Shown one piece after another: positions 9,632 to 19,076 of a stretch of DNA of 64,000 nt. Where the stretch lies: positions 1 through 64,000 of the forward strand of contig CAZCRK010000004.1 in assembly GCA_964501035.1 (NCBI GenBank), read 5' to 3'. Within the stretch, counting starts at the first letter, position 1. The number at the start of each line of letters is the position of its first letter. Below the pieces are notes generated by a model, which worked only from the letters and a program-made list of their open reading frames with translations, was not told where the DNA came from and searched no databases. The translations under genes were made by a program, and so were the position numbers.

Positions 9632-9820
9632 TTATTCAGTTCGAGTTCTATCAACTTCCTCTATATACCCATGCTCTACAAGCCAATCTTCAATTATCAT
9701 TAATATTTGACTATTCATAGTTCTATATCGTCTAGCAGAAGTTCGCTTCAAAAGATTCCAAATTTTATCTGGTAATCGTATTGATTTTATGCTTTGACTC
9801 TCTGAATTCTTCTTAACCAT
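9632..9820 (-). CDS. Arc-family ribbon-helix-helix DNA-binding protein
   Basis: SIRLPDKIWNLLKRTSARRYRTMNSQILMII matches the Arc pattern lRlP..l...l...A....RS.N..i. Start probably at 9820 (MVKK); the ORF track gives 9835. Confidence 0.8.
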   Translation of the reverse strand: MVKKNSESQSIKSIRLPDKIWNLLKRTSARRYRTMNSQILMIIEDWLVEHGYIEEVDRTRTE

Positions 9821-9864
9821 AACATAATGTAACATTATTTAACAATATGTAACAATAATTAATA
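9820..9864. promoter_or_regulatory. Putative operator: TAACA repeated at exact 10-bp spacing with an embedded palindrome
   Basis: TAACA at 9820, 9830, 9840 and 9850, plus TAATA at 9860; inverted repeat ATAATGT-A-ACATTAT at 9824-9838; abuts the start of the RHH gene. Confidence 0.6.
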
Positions 9865-9920
9865 TTGCTGAAGAGAAATCACCAGGAATTACAAAATTTA
9901 ATTAATTTATTTTGAATTAT

Positions 9921-10688
9921 TTAGTTATTGGACCACTTAGGATTTCTTTTTTCAGCAAATGCCTTTAAAGCTTCTTTGCGATCATTTGTTGGGATAGTTT
10001 TTTGGTAAAGTTTTTTTTCAACTTCTAAAGCATTCTTAATCTGCTTGTGCACCCCTTCCTCAATTGCTTGCTTGGCCAATCTAAGAGAAATTGGAGCATT
10101 ATTTATAATTTCATAAGCTAAATCCATAGTAGCTTCAAACAATTCATTTTCTGATGCAATAAAATCAATTGTTCCATCGATAAATGCTTCTTCTGCTGTA
10201 AAAGTTCGTGCTGAATAAATCCAGTACTTAGCTTTAGAAATACCAATAAGTCTTGTCAATCGTTGCGTGCCTCCTGCCCCAGGTATAATTCCAAGGCTGG
10301 TTTCAGGTAATCCAAGTGATGCGGTTTCTGATGCGATTCTAAAGTCTGCACATAAAGCTAATTCTAATCCGCCACCCAATGCAGACCCGTTAATAGATGC
10401 AACAGTTGGAATTTTTAGATTTGCGAAATGATTAAAACAAGTATTTATAGCATCTACTGTATTCAAAACTTGAGTGTCATTCATTTGCTTTCGCTCTATT
10501 AAATCTGCACCAGCACAGAAATGTTTTTGTTTTGAGTTTAATATTAGCAATTTAATATCTGAGCTAGAATCAACCTCAAGTATTACTTTAGCTAAATACT
10601 CTATTGTCTTTGTTGATAGCGCATTAACCTTTGGTCTGTTTAAACTAATTACAGCTAATCCATTGTCTTGAATAGTCAAATCAATCAT
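9921..10688 (-). CDS. Enoyl-CoA hydratase (methylglutaconyl-CoA hydratase-like)
   Basis: FCAGADL; ALGGGLELAL; PETSLGIIPGAGGTQRL. Confidence 0.93.
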   Translation of the reverse strand: MIDLTIQDNGLAVISLNRPKVNALSTKTIEYLAKVILEVDSSSDIKLLILNSKQKHFCAGADLIERKQMNDTQVLNTVDAINTCFNHFANLKIPTVASINGSALGGGLELALCADFRIASETASLGLPETSLGIIPGAGGTQRLTRLIGISKAKYWIYSARTFTAEEAFIDGTIDFIASENELFEATMDLAYEIINNAPISLRLAKQAIEEGVHKQIKNALEVEKKLYQKTIPTNDRKEALKAFAEKRNPKWSNN

Positions 10689-11028
10689 CTAAACTTAACT
10701 CACTTCTCAAATTTTCTGGTATGTCAACTTCCATCAGTAGTAACGCTTGACCGTGTGTTTTACCTTGAGCGTCATTGATAAGAGATTCGCTACCCCCGCC
10801 TCCTAAACTATCACCTAAAATATAGTTTATTGCAAGCAAATTTGGCATTTCATAACGAATTACATTACCTTTTACAATACTCTTAAAGTGTTCTTTAACT
10901 ACAGATGCGGTCAAAGCTTCTATAGCCCAATCATAGATTTTGGCAGAAGTAAATATTAATCCAGCATTAGAACTTTCACCTTTATCTCCTGATCGAGCAA
11001 ATGCAATCTCCTGTAATTTAACTTTCAT
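10681..11028 (-). CDS. AtuA C-terminal-like small protein
   Basis: ARSGDKG; RYEMPNL.A.N; LGGGG..SL..DAQGK. Confidence 0.85.
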   Translation of the reverse strand: MKVKLQEIAFARSGDKGESSNAGLIFTSAKIYDWAIEALTASVVKEHFKSIVKGNVIRYEMPNLLAINYILGDSLGGGGSESLINDAQGKTHGQALLLMEVDIPENLRSELSLDD

Positions 11029-12377
11029 AACACACTCACTTTCGTTTGAATTAAAGATTTAGGTATCAAAGTTGGCCAATAGGCAACTATTTCTTGAGCT
11101 TTGGGGCGACCACCAGCAAAACCAGTAACTCCAGGAGGTCCAGAGGTTATAACAGGTGCAATTTCTTTACCAAATCTATTTACCTTTGCTTTATCAGAAT
11201 CTTTTACGCCAAGACGTAAAACAATTTCGTTAATTTGGCTTGGTACAGAGTTTATTTCTCCATGACACGATGATAAGCCTAAGTATTCAGTGCTTGTTTT
11301 GTCAAAAGTAAAACCAGCTTTTTCAAGTCTTTTCCAAATAATTTCTGCTGTTAACTTTGCCTTTTCAAGAGCATCTGGACCAGAAATAGTAAGCTGACCT
11401 GAAGCCTTGTAACCTGCAAAATAACTCACAGACACCTTAAATGTATCAGTAGCTTCAAATCCTTTAACGTTTGTTACTTCAACCCTGTTGTTCCCTAAAT
11501 CGTTTAAATTAAAACTAGTAAAATCTACACAAACATCTGGAGAAATATATTTTTGTGGGTTACCCATTTCATATAAAATTTGCTCAGCAACCGTTTCACG
11601 ATTAATCAATCCACCTGTGTTTTCATGTTTTGTTACAACAAAATATCCATCTTCATGCATCTCAATTATTGGATATCCAACATTAAATAAATCTGGTACA
11701 TTTCTCCATCCTGAGAAATTACCACCACTACATTGTGCGCCACATTCTGTTATATGCCCAGCTAATGTTCCGGCTGCAATTAAGTCATATTCATTTTTAG
11801 TCCAACCAAACTCATAAATTGAAGGTCCTAGTGCTAAGCCTGGATCTGAAACTCTTCCAGCAAGCACTATTTGAGCATCATTCTTGAGTGCCTCTGCAAT
11901 AGAAAAGCTGTCGATATATACGTTAGAAGAATACATTTTATCTTTTATTTTATCGAAGGACTCGCCAGAATCCATATTTTCAAAAGATATGTTATCATTT
12001 TTGTAAAAGGATTCCATATTACCAAATATATTGTCTCCTTCGATAATTCCTATTTTTATATCATATCCTAATTCATTTGCAACTTTAGATATAGCTTTTT
12101 GACATGCTTGTGGATTAACTCCACCTGCGTTGGTTATTATTTTTATATCTTTTTTAATTATGTCAGGGAGAATTCGTTTAACTAAATCTACAAAATCACG
12201 TGCATACCCAGCGTCTGGACGTTTTAACTTTTGTCGTTGCATAATTGAAAGTGTAACTTCAGCTAAGTAGTCTAAAGTTAAGTAATCAATTCCACCAGCT
12301 TTAACTAAATTAACGGGTGCATCTATAGAATCGCCCCAAAATCCTTGTCCATTTGCAATCTTAATTACGTTACTCAT
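11025..12377 (-). CDS. Acyclic terpene utilization AtuA family protein (DUF1446)
   Basis: GFWGD; LDYLAEVT; TNAGGVNP; AGHITECGAQCSGGN; EQILYE. Confidence 0.92.
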   Translation of the reverse strand: MSNVIKIANGQGFWGDSIDAPVNLVKAGGIDYLTLDYLAEVTLSIMQRQKLKRPDAGYARDFVDLVKRILPDIIKKDIKIITNAGGVNPQACQKAISKVANELGYDIKIGIIEGDNIFGNMESFYKNDNISFENMDSGESFDKIKDKMYSSNVYIDSFSIAEALKNDAQIVLAGRVSDPGLALGPSIYEFGWTKNEYDLIAAGTLAGHITECGAQCSGGNFSGWRNVPDLFNVGYPIIEMHEDGYFVVTKHENTGGLINRETVAEQILYEMGNPQKYISPDVCVDFTSFNLNDLGNNRVEVTNVKGFEATDTFKVSVSYFAGYKASGQLTISGPDALEKAKLTAEIIWKRLEKAGFTFDKTSTEYLGLSSCHGEINSVPSQINEIVLRLGVKDSDKAKVNRFGKEIAPVITSGPPGVTGFAGGRPKAQEIVAYWPTLIPKSLIQTKVSVL

Positions 12378-14020
12378 ACTTGAAGTACTCCAAATTTAGG
12401 TTCAGGTATTTTTGTTTGATGGTTTATTATCTCCAAAGAACGCTCTAACACCTTCCTTGTATCCTCTGGATTTATTATCTCATCTACCCACAATCTTGCC
12501 GCTGCATATCTAGGATCTGATTGCTTATCATAACGCTTTTTTATTTTTTGAAAAAGATCATCCTTTGTTTTTTGATCAACATCACCCATCTTGGCTAATT
12601 TTATTTGGGAAAGCGTTTTTGCAGCTTGTTCACCACCCATTACTGCAATTGAAGCGGATGGCCATGCAAACATAAAGCGAGGATTGTAAGCTCGTCCTGA
12701 CATTGCGTAGTTGCCAGCCCCATAACTACCACCAATCACGAGAGTAATTTTAGGGACAACTGAGTTTGAAACAGCATTTACTAATTTTGCTCCATCCTTT
12801 GCAATTCCACCCCATTCTGCTGTTTTTCCAACCATAAATCCGTTTACATCATGTATAAAAATTATTGGAACCCCATCTTGATTGCAATTCATGACAAATC
12901 GTGCAGCTTTATCTGCTGAATCTGAGTAAACAACACCACCCATTTGCATTTCACCTGTTTCTGTACGTGCAATCTTCCTCTGATTAGCAACAATACCTAC
13001 ATTATATCCACCAATTCTTGCATTTCCGCAAACAAGGGTTTGTCCATAAGATTGTTTGTATTCTATAAATTCGCTTGTATCAACGATTCTACTTATAATT
13101 TCTCTAATATCATATTGAACGTTTTTGGTTGGATTAAATATGCCAAGCAATTCATCGCTTTCAAAATCAGGTTTAACAGAATCGAATTTTTCATATAATC
13201 TATCTTGTGAAATGTTAATATGAGCTATTAAGTCCTTGATTCTATTTAATGCACGCAAATCATCTTTCTCATGATAATCAGTTGTGCCACTAATTGCACT
13301 ATGTGTTTTGGCACCGCCCAACGTTTCTAAATCAATATCTTGCCCAATAGCTGCCTTCACCAATGCTGGTCCAGCTAAAAACATACTTGACCCTTCAACA
13401 ATTACATACTTATCACACATGACTGGCAAGTAAGCTCCCCCTGCAACGCATGGGCCCATAACACATGCAATCTGTGGAACACCTAAGGCAGACAAACGAG
13501 CATTATTGTAGAAGATTTTTCCAAAATGGGGTTCATCTGGAAAAACTTGATCTTGTAAGGGTAAAAATACACCAGCAGAATCAACTAGATAAATGATTGG
13601 TAGGTTATTTTCTAATGCAATTTGTTGGGCGCGAATGGTTTTTTTTAATGTAATTTCAAAATATGCACCAGCTTTAACAGTTGCATCGTTGGCTACAATG
13701 ACACATTCTTGGTCAGAAATTTTACCAATTCCTGTAATCGTGCCCGATGATGCAGGACTTCCATATTCTTCGTACATTTCATACGCTGCAAAAAGTCCTA
13801 GTTCAAAAAAATCTGACCCACTATCTATTAAGCTGTCAATCCTTTCACGAGCTGTCAATCTACCTTTGTTATGTTGTTTTTCAATAGCAACAGTCCCACC
13901 ACCTTGCTTAATATTTGATCTATTTTTATTAAACTCATTTACAAGTTCATTAAATGCAGCATAGTTTTCTGCATATTTTTGACTATTCAAGTCTTTAGTT
14001 GATGTTCCAATTTTATTCAT
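12374..14020 (-). CDS. Acyl-CoA carboxylase carboxyltransferase subunit (methylcrotonyl-/geranyl-CoA carboxylase beta-like)
   Basis: GRLTARERI; ANDATVKAG; CVAGGAY; GSYGAGNYAM. Confidence 0.93.
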   Translation of the reverse strand: MNKIGTSTKDLNSQKYAENYAAFNELVNEFNKNRSNIKQGGGTVAIEKQHNKGRLTARERIDSLIDSGSDFFELGLFAAYEMYEEYGSPASSGTITGIGKISDQECVIVANDATVKAGAYFEITLKKTIRAQQIALENNLPIIYLVDSAGVFLPLQDQVFPDEPHFGKIFYNNARLSALGVPQIACVMGPCVAGGAYLPVMCDKYVIVEGSSMFLAGPALVKAAIGQDIDLETLGGAKTHSAISGTTDYHEKDDLRALNRIKDLIAHINISQDRLYEKFDSVKPDFESDELLGIFNPTKNVQYDIREIISRIVDTSEFIEYKQSYGQTLVCGNARIGGYNVGIVANQRKIARTETGEMQMGGVVYSDSADKAARFVMNCNQDGVPIIFIHDVNGFMVGKTAEWGGIAKDGAKLVNAVSNSVVPKITLVIGGSYGAGNYAMSGRAYNPRFMFAWPSASIAVMGGEQAAKTLSQIKLAKMGDVDQKTKDDLFQKIKKRYDKQSDPRYAAARLWVDEIINPEDTRKVLERSLEIINHQTKIPEPKFGVLQV

Positions 14021-14981
14021 TTGCTAAAATTTCCCAACGTCCCATTTGTTCAAATTTTTCTGTGCGTTCATCAATTAATTTTTCAGCAGTTAAAGTTGAT
14101 AGATAGTGATATTCTTTTAAAACATACTCTTTTACAACCTGTGCAGTTTTATCTTGATCAATATGTGCTCCGCCATTAGGTTCAGGAATTATTGAATCAG
14201 CAATTCCAAGATCTAATAAATCTTTAGCAGTTACTTTCATAGAGTTAGCTGCCTCTTCTGCTCTATTTGAATCTCTAAACAAAATTGATGCACATCCTTC
14301 TGGAGAAATAACAGAATACCATGTATTTTCAAGACACATTATCCTATCACAGACCCCAATACCTAAAGCACCACCAGAAGCACCTTCACCGATTACAACT
14401 GCAATTAAAGGAATTCTTAATGTTGACATTTCAAATAAGTTTTTTGCAATAGCTTCAGCTTGACCCCTTTCTTCTGCTCCTAAACCTGGGTATGCGCCAA
14501 TCGTATCTATTAATGTTAAAACTGGGATTTTAAATTTTTCAGCAAGTTTCATTAAACGAATAGCTTTTCTATAACCTTCTGGACGCGGCATTCCAAAATT
14601 TCTGTTTAACTTATCTTTAGTTCCTCTACCCTTTTCTTGACCGATGATCATAAATCTTTGGGAGTCTAGTTTGCCTATCCCTGCTACAATTGCTGCATCA
14701 TCTGAGTAATATCTGTCGCCATGTAGTTCCATCCAATCAGTTGTCATTAATTTGATAAAATCAATTGAATGCGGACGCTTTGGATGCCGTGCTAATTGAA
14801 CTCGTTGCCATCGAGTTAAATGAGAATATAATTTTTCACCTTTTTCAGATAGTTCATTCTCAAGTTGTCTTATACCATCGGAAACATCAATTCCAGTTTG
14901 AATTGAAGTTGATTTGAGATTTTCAATCTTCAACTCAATTTCATGCAAAGGTGCTTCAAAGTCTAAAATATATTTTGACAT
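14013..14981 (-). CDS. accA: Acetyl-CoA carboxylase carboxyltransferase alpha subunit
   Basis: WQRVQLARHPKRP; NFGMPRPEGYRKA; AEERGQAEAIA. Confidence 0.97.
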   Translation of the reverse strand: MSKYILDFEAPLHEIELKIENLKSTSIQTGIDVSDGIRQLENELSEKGEKLYSHLTRWQRVQLARHPKRPHSIDFIKLMTTDWMELHGDRYYSDDAAIVAGIGKLDSQRFMIIGQEKGRGTKDKLNRNFGMPRPEGYRKAIRLMKLAEKFKIPVLTLIDTIGAYPGLGAEERGQAEAIAKNLFEMSTLRIPLIAVVIGEGASGGALGIGVCDRIMCLENTWYSVISPEGCASILFRDSNRAEEAANSMKVTAKDLLDLGIADSIIPEPNGGAHIDQDKTAQVVKEYVLKEYHYLSTLTAEKLIDERTEKFEQMGRWEILANE

Positions 14982-17032
14982 TATACCCTTAATATAGATT
15001 TAAAAATAATTTCAATATCATACATAAATGATTGATTCTGTATATAGTAGTGATCAAAGATAGTTGATTCTTCTTGATTTATTTCTGATTCTTTTATTTG
15101 TGCTAAACCAGTTAGCCCAGGTTTTATCAATACCTTTGGGTTTGGAAAAGAGCTCTTGAATATTTGACTTCCTACAAACGATAAATCACCTTTTAAAATA
15201 TGAATCAAATATGGGATACGTTTAAACATTTTACTTTTTGAGTTTAAGTAAGTTAGGGTCATTTTAGAATCATTAGTCGTCCATACTTGAAATGTAGAAA
15301 CCCTGTTCATCATAAAATAGATAAAATAAACTGGTAATGTTGGGATTATAAGTAATATTGCAAACATTATGTCAAACATCCTTTTTGCATGAAGATGAAA
15401 TGTATCTAACATTGGCAAATCCAAATCAATCAAAGGAATCCCAGAAATATTTTCAATCACTCCTTTACCTATAAACATGTCAGTTCCATTTGGAACTATT
15501 TTTAAGTTAACATTTAAATTTGAAATATTTTCAAGTAAATGAATCATATCTTCAAAATACATTTCATTTTCAGGTATAATAATTTCATTAATCTTCAGAT
15601 TTTCAATTACACCTTTTAAATCATCTAATCTTCCTAATTTATTTATATCAGATGATTCTAAAATCTTGTCTGCTACATTTCCTACTAAATTGAAATCATT
15701 ATGAGGAGAATGTTTTAGAGCATTTCCTATCCTAATTGCTTCAACAGAAGAACCTATAATAACAGCATTCCTTTTGAATAAGGATTTATTGAAAATTAAA
15801 GATTTATTTTCTAGTGCAAAAAAGTGGATAATAATTCGCCATAATGCTGTAAACAAAAGAATAAGAATAGTTGAAAATATTAGCACAATTCTTGAATAGG
15901 CAAAAAATGACATCAAATAAGTCAGAGTTGCAGAAATTAAAAACATTACACCAGAAGAAACAGCGCTTCTAGGATATGAAAGCAAGTTTTTGCTATACAG
16001 TTTTGTGATTTTAGAAGCTACCAGCCATGAAAATATAATTGCTACTAAAAGAAGCAAATGATTATATATTAAACTAAATGATGGTTCTTTCTGATATTTT
16101 ACATTAAACCATACTAACAAAACAGCTGAAAAGGATGATGATATAAATACAATGTCGGTAACTAAAGCTAGAATTTTGTCTTTCATCAAAGACAATTTAA
16201 ACAATAGTCTTTTTATGATTTTTGCTACTGGAAGTAACAAACTAATAAAATTCCAAAAAATAAATTCTTTTTTATGTTTCATATAAAAGATTGTCATTGA
16301 TTCTAAAAATATTTTATGAACATTAAAAGTAGCTTTTACATGTGATTCACCTTTGTAATGAATAATACTTGTCTGTGGAGTATAAACTACGTTTAAACCT
16401 AGTTTTTTTGCTCGATAACAAAAATCTGTATCTTCGAAGTACAAAAAAAATGCTTCATCAAATCCATTTAATCTATCAAAAATATCTCGCTTAAACATTA
16501 AACATGCACCATTGACAGCATCAACATTTTGAATTTTATTTTTAGACCTGTACGAGTAATTATATTGTCCAAAATATTTAGACTTTGGAAACAATGTGTT
16601 CAATCCAATAGCTTTACAAAAAGAAACCCAAAATGATGGAAACTTACGTCTTGATGCAATTTGAAAGGTGCCATCAGAATTGAGCACCTTACATCCAATA
16701 ATATCAGCATTTTCATTTTCTTTTAAATGCCTAGATAAAACTTCAAAGGTATCTTGTTTGACAAGTGTATCAGGGTTGAGTAAGCAAATAAATTTTCCAC
16801 TTGATTTTTCAACACCTAAATTTACGGCTTTACTGTATCCTAAATTGTTTTTAGATGTAAACATCTTTACAAATGGATATTTATCCTTGACAGTTTTAAC
16901 AGAATTATCAAAAGAATTATTGTCTATTACAATTATTTCAAAATCCAGATAGTTCGGTATTTGCTTTATACTATTTAAACATTGCTTTAAATGTTCTTCA
17001 ACATTATAGTTTACAATTATTATACTAATCAT
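14981..17032 (-). CDS. GT2 glycosyltransferase fused to a TM/Rossmann region and a degenerate sugar-transferase (PGT) domain
   Basis: N-terminal SIIIVNYN..DN.S.D..LNPD..FLYFEDTD; C-terminal KRMFDI..GDLSFVG..KPGLTGLAQ. Confidence 0.9.
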   Translation of the reverse strand: MISIIIVNYNVEEHLKQCLNSIKQIPNYLDFEIIVIDNNSFDNSVKTVKDKYPFVKMFTSKNNLGYSKAVNLGVEKSSGKFICLLNPDTLVKQDTFEVLSRHLKENENADIIGCKVLNSDGTFQIASRRKFPSFWVSFCKAIGLNTLFPKSKYFGQYNYSYRSKNKIQNVDAVNGACLMFKRDIFDRLNGFDEAFFLYFEDTDFCYRAKKLGLNVVYTPQTSIIHYKGESHVKATFNVHKIFLESMTIFYMKHKKEFIFWNFISLLLPVAKIIKRLLFKLSLMKDKILALVTDIVFISSSFSAVLLVWFNVKYQKEPSFSLIYNHLLLLVAIIFSWLVASKITKLYSKNLLSYPRSAVSSGVMFLISATLTYLMSFFAYSRIVLIFSTILILLFTALWRIIIHFFALENKSLIFNKSLFKRNAVIIGSSVEAIRIGNALKHSPHNDFNLVGNVADKILESSDINKLGRLDDLKGVIENLKINEIIIPENEMYFEDMIHLLENISNLNVNLKIVPNGTDMFIGKGVIENISGIPLIDLDLPMLDTFHLHAKRMFDIMFAILLIIPTLPVYFIYFMMNRVSTFQVWTTNDSKMTLTYLNSKSKMFKRIPYLIHILKGDLSFVGSQIFKSSFPNPKVLIKPGLTGLAQIKESEINQEESTIFDHYYIQNQSFMYDIEIIFKSILRV

Positions 17033-17742
17033 AACATTTTAAACAATTTTTTTAATTTAAGTTTTGGTACCATCCAAACAGCTTCAATAATTATTTTCCT
17101 AGACATTTTTGATTCACCTACGGTTCTATCAAAAAATATAACAGGTAACTCTTTTATTTTAAACTTTTTAACCCAAGCAAAAAAGTTAATTTCAATTTGA
17201 AACGAATATCCCTCTGATTTTATTTTCTCAAATGGAATTGATTCTAAAACTGATCTGTCGAAGCATTTATAACCAGCTGTTGCATCTTTTATAGGCAGTC
17301 CAGTTATCATACGTGCATATAAATTTGCCATATAACTAAGAATTAATCGTCGAAGTGGCCAATTAACTACATTTATTCCTGTGACATATCTGCTACCGAT
17401 CACCAGCTGGTTATCTTTTGATGCTTCAAGTAATCTAGGGATGTCCTTTGGATCGTGTGACATATCAGCATCTATTTGAATTATTTTATCATAACCGTTT
17501 TCAATTGCCCACTTAAAGCCTGTAATATATGCTGTGCCTAGTCCTAACTTGCCTGCACGCTCAATAAGATGTATGTTATTTAAGCTATCTTGCTGTTCTT
17601 TGACTAAATCTGCAGTTCCATCAGGAGAATTATCGTCAATTATTAGTACATGAATATCATCCACTTCTTTCTTTATTGCAAATATTAGTTCTTTAACATT
17701 TTTTCGTTCATTATATGTAGGAGAAATGGCTAATACTTTCAT
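17029..17742 (-). CDS. Polyprenol monophosphomannose synthase (DPM1-like GT2)
   Basis: PTYNE; DDNSPDGT; GLGTAY; DADMSH; GSRY. Confidence 0.93.
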   Translation of the reverse strand: MKVLAISPTYNERKNVKELIFAIKKEVDDIHVLIIDDNSPDGTADLVKEQQDSLNNIHLIERAGKLGLGTAYITGFKWAIENGYDKIIQIDADMSHDPKDIPRLLEASKDNQLVIGSRYVTGINVVNWPLRRLILSYMANLYARMITGLPIKDATAGYKCFDRSVLESIPFEKIKSEGYSFQIEINFFAWVKKFKIKELPVIFFDRTVGESKMSRKIIIEAVWMVPKLKLKKLFKML

Positions 17743-18617
17743 CAGCTTACCATATTATCTTTGATTTGATTTAAAACAAATTCAGAATTATACACTTGTA
17801 GATCAAGTTGTTTTTCAATTTTGTTTGTGGACAAACCGCTGTTATTAGGTCTTCTAGCTTTTTGTTTCAAACTATCTGAAGTGATAGGTTGAATTAAATC
17901 TTTGTTTAGATTAAACGTTTTTGCTATTAAGACAGCAAAATCATATCTCGACAACACATCTTCGCTACCAAAATGAAAAATACCTTCGGTTTGAAGTAAA
18001 ATACATTGGACTATTGCATTAGCTAAAAAAGTAGTATTAGTTGGATTACTAATTTGATCAGTAACCACATTGATTTTTAAATTTTCTTGAAGGGAATTAT
18101 AAACCCAAGATACAAAGTTACTGTGTATATCAAATTTTGAACTATATACAACATTAGCTCTTATAATAAGGAATTTTGAATGAAAACCACGTAAAATATT
18201 TTCTGCTTCTAGTTTAGTCTTTCCATAATAATTAATTGGGTTAGGCTGATCTGTTTCATCATAGGGACCATTTTTTCCGTCAAATATATAATCACTTGAA
18301 ATTTGTATTATTCTCGTATTTTTAGAACAAGCTTTAACAATGTTTTGTAAACCTCCTACATTCACATCATGTGCTTGTTTTTTGTTGGTTTCACAATTAT
18401 CTACATGAGTATAAGCTGCAGTATTTATGATTACATCTGGGTTAAAACGATTGCAAACCGATTCAACTTCCTGAAATTTAGTTATATCCAATGCATGTGG
18501 CATTGTTTTTGTTTTTTTAAGTGTAGTTGATAATACATTAAAATATTTTGGTAGAATTTCGGTTAATTCATTTCCTAATTGCCCTCCTCCTCCTGTAATT
18601 AAAACTTTGGTTTTCAC
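17742..18617 (-). CDS. rfbD: dTDP-4-dehydrorhamnose reductase
   Basis: GGGGQLG; AAYTHVD; SSDYIFDG; YGKTK. Confidence 0.9.
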   Translation of the reverse strand: MKTKVLITGGGGQLGNELTEILPKYFNVLSTTLKKTKTMPHALDITKFQEVESVCNRFNPDVIINTAAYTHVDNCETNKKQAHDVNVGGLQNIVKACSKNTRIIQISSDYIFDGKNGPYDETDQPNPINYYGKTKLEAENILRGFHSKFLIIRANVVYSSKFDIHSNFVSWVYNSLQENLKINVVTDQISNPTNTTFLANAIVQCILLQTEGIFHFGSEDVLSRYDFAVLIAKTFNLNKDLIQPITSDSLKQKARRPNNSGLSTNKIEKQLDLQVYNSEFVLNQIKDNMVS

Positions 18618-19076
18618 TTACAATTTAGAACCTAGTTTCTTAAACTCATCTAATTTATCAACTAACTTTGAATCATTTAAGGATAAAATTTCTACAGCTA
18701 AAATTGCAGCATTTATTGCCCCAGCTTTTCCTACAGCCATTGTAGCAACTGGAACCCCTTTAGGCATTTGAACTGTTGATAACAATGCATCTAAACCGTC
18801 TTGTATTCCACCAGCTAACGGAACTCCAATTACCGGTAATGTTGAGTTAGCTTTTATTGCACCTGCTAAATGTGCTGCCATTCCTGCTGCACCCACTATA
18901 ACTGAATACCCATTACTTCGTGCATTTTTTGCAAACTCTTCTACTTCAGAAGGATTTCTATGGGCAGACATAACATGTAATTCCATATCAATATCAAAAA
19001 AATCATAGTATTTTTTTGCGGAATTCATCGTTTCCCTATCTGTTTCACTACCAATTAGCACAGCCACTTTATTCAT
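18618..19076 (-). CDS. purE: N5-carboxyaminoimidazole ribonucleotide mutase
   Basis: SAHR; AGMAAHLAG; DALLSTVQMPKGVPVAT. Confidence 0.96.
   Translation of the reverse strand: MNKVAVLIGSETDRETMNSAKKYYDFFDIDMELHVMSAHRNPSEVEEFAKNARSNGYSVIVGAAGMAAHLAGAIKANSTLPVIGVPLAGGIQDGLDALLSTVQMPKGVPVATMAVGKAGAINAAILAVEILSLNDSKLVDKLDEFKKLGSKL

Noticed and set aside
9632..9820. RHH protein as a type II antitoxin or prophage remnant
   Set aside because: No neighbouring toxin, phage or plasmid gene; the downstream gene is a methyltransferase.
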